From: Candidatus Eiseniibacteriota bacterium | GTDB taxonomy: Bacteria; Eisenbacteria; RBG-16-71-46; CAVPCR01 | Assembly (NCBI GenBank): GCA_963702435.1 | Contig: CAVPCR010000002.1 | Coordinates: 384,001-448,000, forward strand | Length of the DNA: 64,000 bases | Direction: 5' to 3' | In this document: positions 1-13,833 of the stretch, one piece after another | Layout of the letters: every line of letters starts with the position of its first letter | Position numbering within the stretch: position 1 is the stretch's first letter | Translations under genes and position numbers: made by a program | Notes under the pieces: model-generated | Database searches by the model: none | Told to the model about the DNA's origin: nothing | Seen by the model: the letters and a program-made list of their open reading frames with translations, nothing else

Positions 1-2097
1 CTCGCCGGACTCCGTCGCGCCGCCTTCGCGATCAGCACCCTCAAGGCCGGCGTTGACCTGGCCGGCGACTCGGCGCGCGTCCGGGTCGCCGCCCGGCTCA
101 GCGACGCCGATAGCCTCGACGCTGCGGGAATCATGGCTCTCTCCAGTGAAAAACGGCGGATCACCGTCCAGACCTGCGCAGTTCATCAGACCGACGCCCG
201 GTGGAGTCTCCAGGCGCCGGCCACCATCACTCTCGAGAGCGGCGCCTTCCGCATCGACGACCTGGTCGTGGCCGCGGATCAAGGCCCGGGCCTCCTGGCC
301 GCGCGCGGCGGCATCGATCGCCGGGGCGAGCAGGATCTCGACATCCGTCTCGCGGCCTTCCGCCTGGGCTTCCTCTTCGCGCTCCGCGGCCGCCCCGATC
401 TGGACGGCGAGATGAGCGGTCACCTGCGTCTGACCGGCCCCGCCGCCGCGCCCGCGGTCGACGCCGCGCTCGCGACGAGCGTGCGCTCGGTCTCCGCCGG
501 CGAGGTCGTGGCGCTCGACGCGCACCTCGAGTCCCGGAACGGGGCGCTCCTCCTCGACGGCGCGCTCCGTTCGCCGGAAGCGCCTCTCATCACCTTCGAG
601 GGACGCCTGCCGTTCATCCTCTCTCTCGCCGCCGATTCAGTCGCGGCCGGGGGCCCGCGTCTCGCCGGCGGACTCCTCGCCATCGCGAACGAGCCGCTCG
701 CGCTCGCGGTGCGCGGCGAAGACGTTCCTCTCCACCGCTTCCAGCCGCTCCTCGATCCGCAGTTCGCGAGCGAGCTGGACGGCCGGCTCGACATCGATGT
801 GCGCGTGCCCGGCCCAGCCGAGTCCCCGTCCGGCCGGGCCCGGCTCGAGGTCCGGGAAGGACGTCTCGGGATCCCGCGCTGGGGAGTCATCTACGAGCAG
901 GTTGCGCTCGACACCGAGCTCATCGGCAACCGCCTCCATCTGACCCGGGCCGAGGTCAGATCGGGAGACGGGCGGGCCGTTCTCCACGGCGACCTGACCT
1001 TCCGGAGAGGTGCGCTCCCCACCTACGACCTTGCGCTCACCGCCGACCAGTTCGCCGCCCTGCGCTCGCGGGACCTAACCGCGGTCGTCTCGGGCGCTCT
1101 CGCCGCGACCGGGTCCGGCGACTCGCTCCGCGTGACCGGCACGATCGATCCGAAGGTGGTGGAGGTCTACCTCGATCCTCTCGTCGCGCAGCGCAGCGGG
1201 ACCGAGATCGAGCTCGCCCCGGAGGACCTCGAGCTCCTCGCCGAGACGTTCGGCTACGGGGCTCTTCCCGGCCGCACCCGCCGATCGTCTCCGCTCCTCG
1301 CGCGGGCCGAGATCGACCTTCGCATCGTCTTCCCGCGCGGCGTCTGGGTGCGCCATCGCGTCGAGCCGAAGCTCGCCGTCGAGCTCGCGGGCGACATCGC
1401 CGTACGCAAGCCGCGGGGCGGCCGGCCCGGTTTCTACGGGCGCATCGAGACTCTGCCGCGCCGCGGCTACGTCGAGCAGTTCGGCCGCCAGTTCGACGTG
1501 CGCGAAGGCGAGCTCCTGATCGCCGGCGATCCGTCGACGCTCACCTTCGACCTGCGCGCCGAGTACCGGGCCACGCCGACGAACGACCCCGGCGAGACCG
1601 AGATCGTGATCACGCTCGACGTCGCCGGCACGCCGGAGAAGCTCGGCCTCACGCTCGGCTCGGAGCCCGAGCTCTCGAACTCGGAGATCGTCTCCCTGAT
1701 CGCGACCGGGAGCACCGCAGGGTTCAGCGACCGCGGGAGCACGACGGGGACCACGGCCGCCGGCGCCGCAGCCGGCGTGGGTCTCGTCTCGATGACGGGC
1801 CCCATGACCGCCGGAGTCGAGGAGATGGCCGAGCGCGCGATCGGCCTCGACGTCGTGCAGATCCGCCAGGACGGCCTCCGCGGCACCACGCTCGTCGCCG
1901 GCAAGTACGTCTCCCCGAGCCTGTACGTCGGATTCCGCCAACCCATCACCTACCAGGAGAAGACGACCGAATCCACCGACTCGAGCGAGGACTTCGAGAT
2001 CGAGACCGAGTACTCGATCCTCGACTGGCTCGTCCTGAACCTGCAGGGGAGCGGCACGGTCTTTCGCTCGTACCTGCGGGGGCGCTATGCGTACTAG
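1..2097 (+). CDS. tamB: Translocation/assembly module TamB-family protein (5'-truncated by window edge)
   Basis: Frame open from base 1 to TAG at 2097. Beta-rich repeats and a DUF490-like C-terminus (FGRQF..., LGSEPELSNSEIVSLIATG, GKYVSPSLYVGF, ending YLRGRYAY). Overlaps a downstream Omp85-family gene. Confidence 0.85.
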   Translation, partial: LAGLRRAAFAISTLKAGVDLAGDSARVRVAARLSDADSLDAAGIMALSSEKRRITVQTCAVHQTDARWSLQAPATITLESGAFRIDDLVVAADQGPGLLAARGGIDRRGEQDLDIRLAAFRLGFLFALRGRPDLDGEMSGHLRLTGPAAAPAVDAALATSVRSVSAGEVVALDAHLESRNGALLLDGALRSPEAPLITFEGRLPFILSLAADSVAAGGPRLAGGLLAIANEPLALAVRGEDVPLHRFQPLLDPQFASELDGRLDIDVRVPGPAESPSGRARLEVREGRLGIPRWGVIYEQVALDTELIGNRLHLTRAEVRSGDGRAVLHGDLTFRRGALPTYDLALTADQFAALRSRDLTAVVSGALAATGSGDSLRVTGTIDPKVVEVYLDPLVAQRSGTEIELAPEDLELLAETFGYGALPGRTRRSSPLLARAEIDLRIVFPRGVWVRHRVEPKLAVELAGDIAVRKPRGGRPGFYGRIETLPRRGYVEQFGRQFDVREGELLIAGDPSTLTFDLRAEYRATPTNDPGETEIVITLDVAGTPEKLGLTLGSEPELSNSEIVSLIATGSTAGFSDRGSTTGTTAAGAAAGVGLVSMTGPMTAGVEEMAERAIGLDVVQIRQDGLRGTTLVAGKYVSPSLYVGFRQPITYQEKTTESTDSSEDFEIETEYSILDWLVLNLQGSGTVFRSYLRGRYAY

Positions 2098-4294
2098 CGC
2101 ACGGCGCGGCCCCTCCCTCTCCGCCGGCGTCGCAGCCGGCATCCTGGCCGCGCTCGCCGCTCTCCTCGCCGCGCCGGATACCCTCGCCCAGATCCGCACG
2201 GATGCCGCGACCGAGATCGGCGCCGTGCGCATCGCGTTCACCGAGACGCGGACGCTCGCGGCGGAGGATCTACAGAAGGAGCTCGTCTTCAGCGTCAAGA
2301 GCCGGCCATCGACCCTGGAGCGGACCTTCGCCTTCCTGCCCTGGGTCTCCGGAGAGACGCGCTCGAGCCTCGTGCCGGTCGAGATCGCCGAGGGCGCGGC
2401 GCGGATCCGCCGCCGCTACCGGGAAGAGGGCTTCCCGCGGGCCCGCGTCCGCTACGAGGTGACGCCGGCCGAGCGCGCGAATGCGTACGACGTCGCCTAC
2501 CTGGTGACCGAGGGACCGCCGCTCGTCGTCGCCTCGGTCGAGCTCGTGGATGCCGCCACCGGACGGCGTTTCGAGGCCCCGGCGGCCGACCGCGAGGAGT
2601 TCGAGGAACGCCGGGCCCGTCTCGCCACGATCGAGGGGGAGCGGTGGACCGCGGAGCGGGGAGCGGGACTCGAGCGACGCCTGTCGACATGGCTCCGCAA
2701 CCGCGGCCATCCCTTCCCCGCCACCGCGGTCGAGACGCAGGTCGATTCGCTCGCGAGCGCGGTGCGGGTTCTCGTGCGCATCACCCCCGGGCCGCACCTG
2801 GTGGTCGGAGACGTGACGATCGAGGGGCGCCGCTCGCTCGAGGACGCGACCATCCGGCGCGAGCTCCCCTTCCAGCCCGGCGATCCCTTCTCGGCGCGGA
2901 AGCTGGCCGAGGGCGGACGCGAGGTGGAGTCGCTCGACATCGTGCGCCAGGCGACGGTGGACGTGGCAACCGGGGCGACCGGCGACTCCGCCGCGGATTC
3001 GGGAGCGACCGCGGTTCCGATCACGGTCCGCATCAACGAGCGCGACCCGCGCCTCATCTCTGGCGACATCGGTTACACCTCAGACGGCGGAGTCGCCGGG
3101 GAAGCACGCTGGACCCACCGGAACTGGACCGGCGGCGCGCGCTCTCTCACGGTGGCCGGCGCGGCCCAGACCGGCGCGCTCGCGCTCGTCTCCGATCCCG
3201 ATGTTCGCTATCGCATCTCGGCCACCCTCAAGCAGCCGTACGTCCTCGACCGCCGGATGTCGCTTCTCATCGGACCGTACATCGAGTATCGCAACGACAG
3301 CCACGATCGCTCGTACGAGATCGGCGGCTCCTGGACGTTCGTCTACGAGCTGGGTCGGATGCGCACGATCTCCTTCCAGCACGAGCTCGCCCGCCGGCAC
3401 GTGCTCGAGTATCGTCTCGACGACCTCTCGGCCGGCCGGATCGATCTCCTCACCTTCCTCGAGCTCGCCGCCGAGGGTGTGCTCGACTCGCTCGGTGCCG
3501 AGCTCGACCACAGCCACTTTACGCTCGCGGCCACCGTCGGCCGGCTCGACGACTCCGCGTACCCCCGCCGCGGCTACGTGATCCGCCCCTCGGTGCGGGT
3601 CACCGGCCCCGCTGCATGGAACTCGAACGAATACACGCGCCTCGATGCCAAGGTGGTGGCCTTCCACCCGCTCCGGGAGCGCTCGGTCGCGCGGTTCCGC
3701 GTCTCGATCGGCCGCGTGCTGCCGTTCGGGAACAGCCTCCCCGCCGAGGACGAGGATCCCGCGGTCAAGTTCCTCCAGCTCCGCGACGTCGCCTTCACCG
3801 CCGGCGGCGCCGACGACGTGCGGGGCTGGGCGAGCCGACTCCTGGGACCCAAGTTCCCCGACATCCGCTTCGCGGAGGAGGGCGACAGCCTGGTCGTCGA
3901 GAGCGCCGACGACTACGTGCCGCTCGGCGGCCTGAACCGGGTAGCGGCCTCGATCGAGCTCGGCCTCCCCTTCCCGCGGCTCGGCGAGAAGTGGGGCACG
4001 CACGTCTTCCTCGACATGGGGCGGGTGTGGACGGCGGATGAGCGCCTGCAACCGGGCGAGGACGCGTTCGATCAGGAGCGCTTCTTCTTCGCAGCCGGCG
4101 CCGGCGCCGAGTATCGCACCATCGTCGGGGCGATCCGCTTCGCGGTCGGCTACAAGCTGAACCCGTCGCTCCTCGACGAGGCCGACGCCGAGGACGTCCT
4201 CCGCGCCCTCGACAACGGAGAGGATCTCGACTCGATCGAGCGGGACGCACTCCGCCGCTTCCAGATCCACCTCGCGATCGGCGCGCAGTTCTAG
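2087..4294 (+). CDS. BamA/TamA (Omp85) family outer membrane protein
   Basis: Signal peptide, POTRA-like repeats (RRYREEGFP, WLRNRGHPF, IRRELPFQPGDPFS), AGGADDVRGW motif (VRGF/Y-like), C-terminal LAIGAQF. Adjacent to tamB. Confidence 0.88.
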   Translation: MRTSARRGPSLSAGVAAGILAALAALLAAPDTLAQIRTDAATEIGAVRIAFTETRTLAAEDLQKELVFSVKSRPSTLERTFAFLPWVSGETRSSLVPVEIAEGAARIRRRYREEGFPRARVRYEVTPAERANAYDVAYLVTEGPPLVVASVELVDAATGRRFEAPAADREEFEERRARLATIEGERWTAERGAGLERRLSTWLRNRGHPFPATAVETQVDSLASAVRVLVRITPGPHLVVGDVTIEGRRSLEDATIRRELPFQPGDPFSARKLAEGGREVESLDIVRQATVDVATGATGDSAADSGATAVPITVRINERDPRLISGDIGYTSDGGVAGEARWTHRNWTGGARSLTVAGAAQTGALALVSDPDVRYRISATLKQPYVLDRRMSLLIGPYIEYRNDSHDRSYEIGGSWTFVYELGRMRTISFQHELARRHVLEYRLDDLSAGRIDLLTFLELAAEGVLDSLGAELDHSHFTLAATVGRLDDSAYPRRGYVIRPSVRVTGPAAWNSNEYTRLDAKVVAFHPLRERSVARFRVSIGRVLPFGNSLPAEDEDPAVKFLQLRDVAFTAGGADDVRGWASRLLGPKFPDIRFAEEGDSLVVESADDYVPLGGLNRVAASIELGLPFPRLGEKWGTHVFLDMGRVWTADERLQPGEDAFDQERFFFAAGAGAEYRTIVGAIRFAVGYKLNPSLLDEADAEDVLRALDNGEDLDSIERDALRRFQIHLAIGAQF

Positions 4295-4385
4295 CCCGGC
4301 GCGACGCTCCGGCGCTTCCGGCCTGCTCGCACCGCCGCCGTGGTAGACTGCCGAGCGCCGCGAAGACGTGGAGAGTTCGTTACCG

Positions 4386-6062
4386 ATGTCGTTTCTCGAG
4401 AACCTGGCCCAGACGCAGCCGATCGCGCACGCCATCCTCGGACTCGCGCTCGTCTCCGTGCTCGGGCTCGCGCTCGGCAGCGTCACGATCCGCGGCATCC
4501 GCCTCGGCACCGCCGGCGTCCTCTTCGCCGGCATCGTGGTCGGCCACTTCGGGCAGCGCATCGACCACCAGATCCTCGCGTTCTCGAAGGAGTTCGGGCT
4601 CATCCTGTTCGTCTTCGCGATCGGGATGCAGCTCGGACCCGGGTTCTTCGCCGCGCTCCGGCGGCAGGGACTTCGCCTGAACCTGCTGGCGGCGGCCGTC
4701 GTCCTCCTGGGAGCGGCGGCCACGCTGGCCATGACCGGCAGCGCCCTCCTCGATCCCTTCGCCGCGCTCGGCATCTTCTCGGGGGCCACGACCAACACGC
4801 CGTCCCTCGGCGCCACCCAGCAGGTGCTCGCGACGCTGCCCGGGATCCCGGCCGACAAGGCCGCTCTCCCCGCCCTCGCCTACGCCCTCTCCTATCCGGT
4901 CGCCATCGCCGGCATCATCGCGACGCTGCTCCTCCTCGCCGCGGTGTTCCGCATCGACCCGCCGCGGGAAGCGGCGGCCTTCGCCGCCGAGGAGCGGCGC
5001 GCGATCGAACCGCTCGAGCACATGCATCTCCTGGTCGAGAATCGGAACCTCGACCGCGTCCCGGTCGGCGAGCTGCCCGGGCTCCGCGAGACCGGCGTCG
5101 TCGTCTCCCGCATCCGCGCGGCCGGGGACGCCGCGGTCAAGAGCGCCACCGAGTCGACCGTGCTCCACGTCGGCGATGTGATCCTCGCGGTCGGCACGCA
5201 CCACGGACTCGAGCAGTTCCGCCGGGTGGTCGGGAGCAGGACGGATGACGATCTCACCGGCGCGACGAGCAACGTCACCTACCGGCGGCTCGTGGTCACG
5301 CACAAGGCCGTCCTCGGGAAGACGATCGGCGAGCTCGGGCTCGGCCAGCTCTACGGGGTGACCCTGCCGCGCCTCCGGCGCGCCGAGGTGGAGATGACGG
5401 CGCAGCCCCACATCCGCCTCCAGTTCGGCGACGTGGTGGCGGTGGTCGGGCCGGAGGCCGCCATCGACCAGGTGGCGAGGAAGCTCGGCAACTCGCTCAA
5501 GGCGCTCAACGAGACCCAGTTCATCCCGATCTTCCTCGGCATCGCGCTCGGCGTGCTCGCCGGGGTGCAGCCGTTCAACGTGCTCGGGCTCCCGGTGCCG
5601 GTCCGCCTCGGGCTCGCCGGCGGACCGCTCCTCGTCGCCATCCTCCTCGGCCGGCTCGGGCAGATCGGGCGGCTCGTGTGGTACATGCCGGCGACGACCA
5701 ATCTCGCCTTCCGCGAGCTCGGCATCACGCTCTTTCTCGCCTGCGTCGGGCTCGAGGCGGGCGAGCGCTTCTTCGCCACGGCGCTCTCGGCGACCGGGCT
5801 CCGCTGGCTCCTCATGGGCGCCGCCGTCACGATCCTGCCGCTCTTCGCCATCGGCATCCTGGCGCGCGTCGCCTGGAAGATGAATTTCGTGACGCTCTGC
5901 GGGCTCCTCGCCGGCAGCATGACCGATCCGCCGGCCCTCGCCTTCGCCAACGCGCTCGCCGGCTCCGACGCGCCCACCGTGTCCTACGCCACGGTCTACC
6001 CGCTCACCATGCTGCTCCGCATCCTCGTCGCGCAGGTGCTCGCGATCGCGCTCTGCACCTGA
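4386..6062 (+). CDS. AspT/YidE/YbjL family antiporter with two TrkA-C domains
   Basis: Duplicated membrane domain (GTAGVLFAG; GATTNTPSLG; LGLAGGPL; GSMTDPPAL; YATVYPL) around two RCK-C-like regions. ATG 4386 follows GGAG; a TG-N-TAGACT extended -10 lies at 4341-4349. Confidence 0.92.
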   Translation: MSFLENLAQTQPIAHAILGLALVSVLGLALGSVTIRGIRLGTAGVLFAGIVVGHFGQRIDHQILAFSKEFGLILFVFAIGMQLGPGFFAALRRQGLRLNLLAAAVVLLGAAATLAMTGSALLDPFAALGIFSGATTNTPSLGATQQVLATLPGIPADKAALPALAYALSYPVAIAGIIATLLLLAAVFRIDPPREAAAFAAEERRAIEPLEHMHLLVENRNLDRVPVGELPGLRETGVVVSRIRAAGDAAVKSATESTVLHVGDVILAVGTHHGLEQFRRVVGSRTDDDLTGATSNVTYRRLVVTHKAVLGKTIGELGLGQLYGVTLPRLRRAEVEMTAQPHIRLQFGDVVAVVGPEAAIDQVARKLGNSLKALNETQFIPIFLGIALGVLAGVQPFNVLGLPVPVRLGLAGGPLLVAILLGRLGQIGRLVWYMPATTNLAFRELGITLFLACVGLEAGERFFATALSATGLRWLLMGAAVTILPLFAIGILARVAWKMNFVTLCGLLAGSMTDPPALAFANALAGSDAPTVSYATVYPLTMLLRILVAQVLAIALCT

Positions 6063-6095
6063 CCCCGCGCCCACCGCGCGGCGTGCCGCTCCTGC

Positions 6096-7265
6096 CTACA
6101 TGAGTGCGCCGAGGAGCTTCAAGAGCACGTCCTTGAGCGGGACCTCCATGGCCACGACCGGCAGGAGAGGCACGCCGGCGGCCAGCACGATCGCGATGAG
6201 CGCGCGCTTGCCGATCGGCGTCGGCCGCATGCTCATGACGGAGTCGTACATCGAGATCGTATCGATGACCGGCCCGAGCTCCGCCGCGCCAAGGAGATCC
6301 GCGTCCACGTGGCCCCGGCCCAGGATCCACTTGGCATGCACGCTCCGCCCGTGGCGGCCGACGAGGTCTCCGTACTCGTACATGGCGCGCCGGCGAAGCC
6401 GCCCGAGGGGCGGCGTGAACGGAACGAGAGGTGCGAGAAAGATGATCAGGAGCGCGCCGACCAGGACAGCGGCCGGAACGCGGAGCTCCGTGAGCTGCAT
6501 GCCGTGGTAGAGGACATCGTGGGCGAGGCGCGAGGAGATCACGGCCGAGGTCGCGAAGGCCACGATGCTGAACGCGATCGGGATCCACTCGAGAAAGCCG
6601 AGCCCGCCGGCCCGGTCGGGATGCGAGGGCACGAGCGCGAGATCGAGCCGCGCCAGGCGCGAGAAGAGGAGGCCGGTGAGGACCAGGCGCCAGATCCAGG
6701 CGAGCCCGAGCAGGGCGAAGAGCGGACGGGAGACGAATCGATACCAGTCCCCCCCGAAGCCGAACCCCGGGGCGCCGCCGGCGGCGGACCAGTCGATCTC
6801 ATGGAGCGAGGTGGGCATGCCGGTCGCGAACGTGGACCCCGCGGCCAGTCCGAAGAGGAGCCCCCACACGATCCAGGAGTCGCGGAGCCGCTGCGTGCGC
6901 GAGAGAACCCGCTCGAACGCCGGTCGCACCTCCGCCGTGACGAGCCCGGAGGTGACGAAGTAGGCCACATGCCGCGGGAAGACCGCATCCACCACCGCTT
7001 CGGCCAGGATGAAGAGGGGGATCGCGAGGAGGCAGCGGACGTGGATCCCGAAGTGCTGGAAGAGCGGCTCCGGGATGGTGCCCGGGAACGCCCGGCCCAT
7101 GGCCACCGCCCAGAGCGCGAGCGGAAGCCAGGCCAGGAGCGCGTAGAAGACGGCCCGCCGTTTGATCCCGAGACCTTGCCGTGGGATGAGCCCGACCGCG
7201 CGCTGCAGGCGGTAGAACGGGTCGCCGGTCACCAGCGTGAAGGTCGGGATACCCTCGTCGGCCAT
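6096..7265 (-). CDS. Conserved hypothetical polytopic membrane protein (HPDxAGGLGF motif)
   Basis: ATG 7265 after AGGAGAG. Several hydrophobic helices and the motif PSHPDRAGGLGFL. The longer ORF-track start overlaps dcaP and was discarded. Confidence 0.75.
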   Translation of the reverse strand: MADEGIPTFTLVTGDPFYRLQRAVGLIPRQGLGIKRRAVFYALLAWLPLALWAVAMGRAFPGTIPEPLFQHFGIHVRCLLAIPLFILAEAVVDAVFPRHVAYFVTSGLVTAEVRPAFERVLSRTQRLRDSWIVWGLLFGLAAGSTFATGMPTSLHEIDWSAAGGAPGFGFGGDWYRFVSRPLFALLGLAWIWRLVLTGLLFSRLARLDLALVPSHPDRAGGLGFLEWIPIAFSIVAFATSAVISSRLAHDVLYHGMQLTELRVPAAVLVGALLIIFLAPLVPFTPPLGRLRRRAMYEYGDLVGRHGRSVHAKWILGRGHVDADLLGAAELGPVIDTISMYDSVMSMRPTPIGKRALIAIVLAAGVPLLPVVAMEVPLKDVLLKLLGALM

Positions 7266-7315
7266 GGTCTCTCCTATGGCGGCACAGCCCCGACCAGCAG
7301 CCGCATCCGACCGCA

Positions 7316-8842
7316 TCAGAACCGGAAGATCGCGACGAACTGGATCTGATCCGCGCTCCCCGAGCTCCCGTCCTTGTTCTCCCGCGTTCCGTAGATGTAC
7401 TCGCCGCCGACGTCGATGCGCTTGATCGGCGAGAAGACGAGATTGGCGCAGAGGCGGTTGGTCCGGTGATAGGAGTCGGGCGCCTGGAAATCGGTGTTCT
7501 CCACGTTGACGAATCCCCAGATGAAGGATGAGCGGACGTTGTGCTGGCGCCAGCGCTCCCAGAACCACCACTTGTGCTGGAAGTCCACGTAGAAACCGGT
7601 GGCCGGCAGGGCCTCGAGCGCCCCCGTCGTCGAGTCGAAGACGGCATCCTGGCCGCCGAGCGAGTTGAGGTCGTTCAAGTAGCGGGCGTTGCCAGCGCCC
7701 GTGTTGAACTGGAAGACCACCCGGTTCTCGAGCGGTGCATGCCGGAGCGGAACCACGCCGCTCACCCCCAGCCCCCAGGCGAAGTCGTTCTTCACGTTGC
7801 CCGGATCGAGGTCCGACTCGCCGCGGATCTCGCGGAAGACGAGCGCCCCCTGGAGGTGCGCATCCTCCGCGTATTCCCAGACCGCGCGGGCGATGAGATC
7901 GGGAATCACATTCACGCCCTCGCCCCCGGTGATGGACACCGCCGGGGTCTCGGCGGCGACCGCGGTGCGGAGATCCTCCCGCGGCTTCCACCAGTAGCGG
8001 ATGAGGGCCTGCCGGATCACGTTCTCGGCGTTGATGCCCTCGAAGTCGATATCCCCGGGGTTGGTCTCGGGATCGGAGAACGTGGACCAGGTCTGGCCGA
8101 CGATGAATCCGTGATACTGCGCGTAGGCGTGACGGAGGCGGAACGCCCGGTTGCTGCCGGCGAAGTCGCCCTCGATGAACGCCCGCATCTGCCCGGCGCC
8201 GGTCGGGGTGCGGACCTCGAGGTTGAAGCGGCTCGCATTGGCGTTGAAGCTCGTGCGCGCCCCCTTCCCCGCCTCCGGCGTGCCCTCGACCGGGATCGAG
8301 TTGGTCAGGAAGCGATCTTCCGACCCGAGCGGGCCGAGCGTGAACACGGCGGCGGTGCGGATGCGCCCCCCGAACTTGATCGCGGCGTCGGTGCCCGGGA
8401 TCCGGATCGAGCCCGGGAAGTCGCCGGCCGAGACCACGTCGGGCGGCAGTTCGGGAACCTCGTCGGTCGACTTCTCGATGCGCTTCAGACGCTCCTCGAA
8501 CTCCTTCTGCCCCTCGACGGTCGGGATCTCGCCCTGGAGTTCCTCGAGGCGCCGGTTCAGGGAGGCGAGGACCTGCTCCTGGGCGGCGAGCTGCTTCCTG
8601 AGCTCATCGATGGCTACGTCCTGCTCGGCGCTCTTCTTCACCTCTTCGGCGAGCCGGTCCGCCTGGGCCGCGATGACGATCTGCTGCTCCTCGATCTGGC
8701 GGCGGAGATCGGCGATAGTCCGCGCAGGAGCGGACTTCGTCGCCTTCGGCTGGGCCGGCGTCTCCGGCTTCTCCTGGGCCGCCGCAAGCAGGGGGAGACC
8801 CAGGACGAGGAGCACGATCCCCGTGCCGAGGAGGCGGTTCAA
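7316..8842 (-). CDS. DcaP-family outer membrane porin with N-terminal coiled coil
   Basis: TTG start overlapping the upstream TGA. Signal peptide, coiled coil, GDFPGSIRIPGT, FIEGDF, FRLRHAY, GQTWSTFSD motifs, C-terminal Phe. Confidence 0.88.
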   Translation of the reverse strand: MNRLLGTGIVLLVLGLPLLAAAQEKPETPAQPKATKSAPARTIADLRRQIEEQQIVIAAQADRLAEEVKKSAEQDVAIDELRKQLAAQEQVLASLNRRLEELQGEIPTVEGQKEFEERLKRIEKSTDEVPELPPDVVSAGDFPGSIRIPGTDAAIKFGGRIRTAAVFTLGPLGSEDRFLTNSIPVEGTPEAGKGARTSFNANASRFNLEVRTPTGAGQMRAFIEGDFAGSNRAFRLRHAYAQYHGFIVGQTWSTFSDPETNPGDIDFEGINAENVIRQALIRYWWKPREDLRTAVAAETPAVSITGGEGVNVIPDLIARAVWEYAEDAHLQGALVFREIRGESDLDPGNVKNDFAWGLGVSGVVPLRHAPLENRVVFQFNTGAGNARYLNDLNSLGGQDAVFDSTTGALEALPATGFYVDFQHKWWFWERWRQHNVRSSFIWGFVNVENTDFQAPDSYHRTNRLCANLVFSPIKRIDVGGEYIYGTRENKDGSSGSADQIQFVAIFRF

Positions 8843-10634
8843 GGGGTGTGGCCCTCCCCGGCGCCGGGCTCCCTGACGGCGGGCGCCTCGTACCAGCGAT
8901 CCTTCGGCACGAAGACCGGCGCGGGCGGATCCGACTCGTAGTGCGGCGACAGGATCTGCACGCCGTGCTCGTTGAAGGCGTCCTGGATACTGGCATGGAG
9001 CGCTGCCAGCGTGCGGATCCGGGTCTCGGGCTTCTCGAGGTAGGCGTTGACCGTGTACTCGACGAAGAAATCGGTGAGGGCGAGCTGCAGGACGAAGGGC
9101 GGCGGCGTCTTCTTGAGGCCCGGCGTGCGGTCGGCCGCCGCGAGCAACATGGCGTGCACCTGCCGCCATGGGGTTCCGTAGCCGATCGTCACCGAGGTCC
9201 CGGTGATCACCCCGTGCTCGCCCGCGGCGATCGAGTAGTTCTTGGTCTCGTGCCCGAGAACGACGGTGTTGGGGATGGCCACGTCCTCCTTCCGGTTGGT
9301 GAGGATCTTGGTGGCGAAGAGCCCGATCGCGGTCACGACACCCTCGACGTCCCCGACGCGAACGTAGTCGCCGACCCGCATCGTCCGCGAATAGATGATC
9401 ATGAAGCCGGAGAGGATCTGGCCGATGAAGGTGCTCGAGCCGAGCGAGAGCATGAGACCGGCGATCACCGACACACCCTGGAAGGCGGCGCTCGACGAGC
9501 CGGGAATGTACGGATACGCGAGGGCGAGCGCGAAGAGCCAGAGCAAGACCGAGGCGATCCGCCGGCTGGCCGATATGGTGTCGGGATGCAGGGCCTTGAC
9601 CTTGGCCCTCCCCGCGCCACCGAATCGCAGTAGACATTGAGGACCCGCTGCGCCCAGCGCGCCACGAGGAAGATCAGGGTGACGACGGCGAGGCCCGGCA
9701 GGGCCGCGACCGCGGCCCGCACGACGCGCGCGAAGAGCGCGGCGAGCTGCGAGCCGAGGATCTCGCCCCAGAGCCGCGTGTAGGGGAACTGATGAAGGAC
9801 GAAGGTGAGCCAGCCGTAGGCCAGGATCAGGAGGACCGCCCACTTCACGATCAGGAGGAGCCACCGGATCAGGATCGCGATCTGATCGAGGCCGGGCGTG
9901 GGCAGCCCGCTCGCCTTGACCGGTTGCACCCGCGCGGCAGCAAAGGTCTCGAGCCGCCGCCTCGCCCAGGCAAGGGGCCGCCGGATGAGGAAGGCGAGGG
10001 CCACGACGACGAGCGTCGCCAGTGCGGCCCGGGCGAGGGCCCGCAGGAGTCGCGGCAGGTTGCGCCCCTCGCGGACCTCGGCGAGGGCCACCTCGAGCCT
10101 GGCCTGGGTGGCGTCGCGGAGCCCCGGCAGCGTCTCGCCGACGCTCACATCCACATCGCCGTGGAGGATGCGGAAGATCGGCGTGCCGCCGAGCTCGAAC
10201 AAGACGCCTTCCGGGGTGGGGCGCGTCGTCACCGGACCGAACACGCCCCGCGCGAGGAGACCCTGGATCTGACGATCGGCCGCCTCCGCCCGCAGCTGCG
10301 GCGAGTAACCCATGATGGTGGCGTGGAATCGGATGATGGGGCGGTTGGCGACGGCGACCTCGGCGACATCCGGTGCCGATGCCGGCGCCTGCATGCCGCC
10401 CGGGAGCACGCGATCGAGAAACCCGGGGGCCGGGGTCGGGAGGACCGGACCCGGAGCGACGAGCGCGGCGGCCGCCAGGGATTCGGGCGCGGCGGCCACC
10501 GGGGATCCGGCGGCGATGGCCACGCCTGTCGAGTCCTGAGCCCCGGCCGCCGCCGGGAGGAGCGGAGCGCATGAGAGCAATGACGCAAGAGCCCTGACCA
10601 GGAGCAGCTTCTTCACGGCAAGCGGTGTTGGCAT
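8839..10634 (-). pseudogene. MscS-family mechanosensitive channel with periplasmic N-terminal domain; one frameshift near 9610 (probably a read error)
   Basis: N-half (MPTPLAVKK...FPYTR...DSVARG) and C-half (RAKVKALHPDT...YPYIPGSSS..FQGVS...VGDYV...IPN) lie in different frames. Adding one base to the C4 run at 9610-9613 joins them. Confidence 0.85.
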
Positions 10635-10767
10635 GGCAGGCGAACCTCCCCTCGTCCTCGAAACCGGCGGCGGGCAGTGTAGCCCCGCGCGGCCGGGGGA
10701 GCAATGGCAAGGGCCGGCGCGCGTCCTGCGCACCGGCCCCTGCGTTCGCTTGGCGAAGGAGATCTCG

Positions 10768-13821
<3,054 letters not shown>

Positions 13822-13833
13822 CGCGGTCACCTC

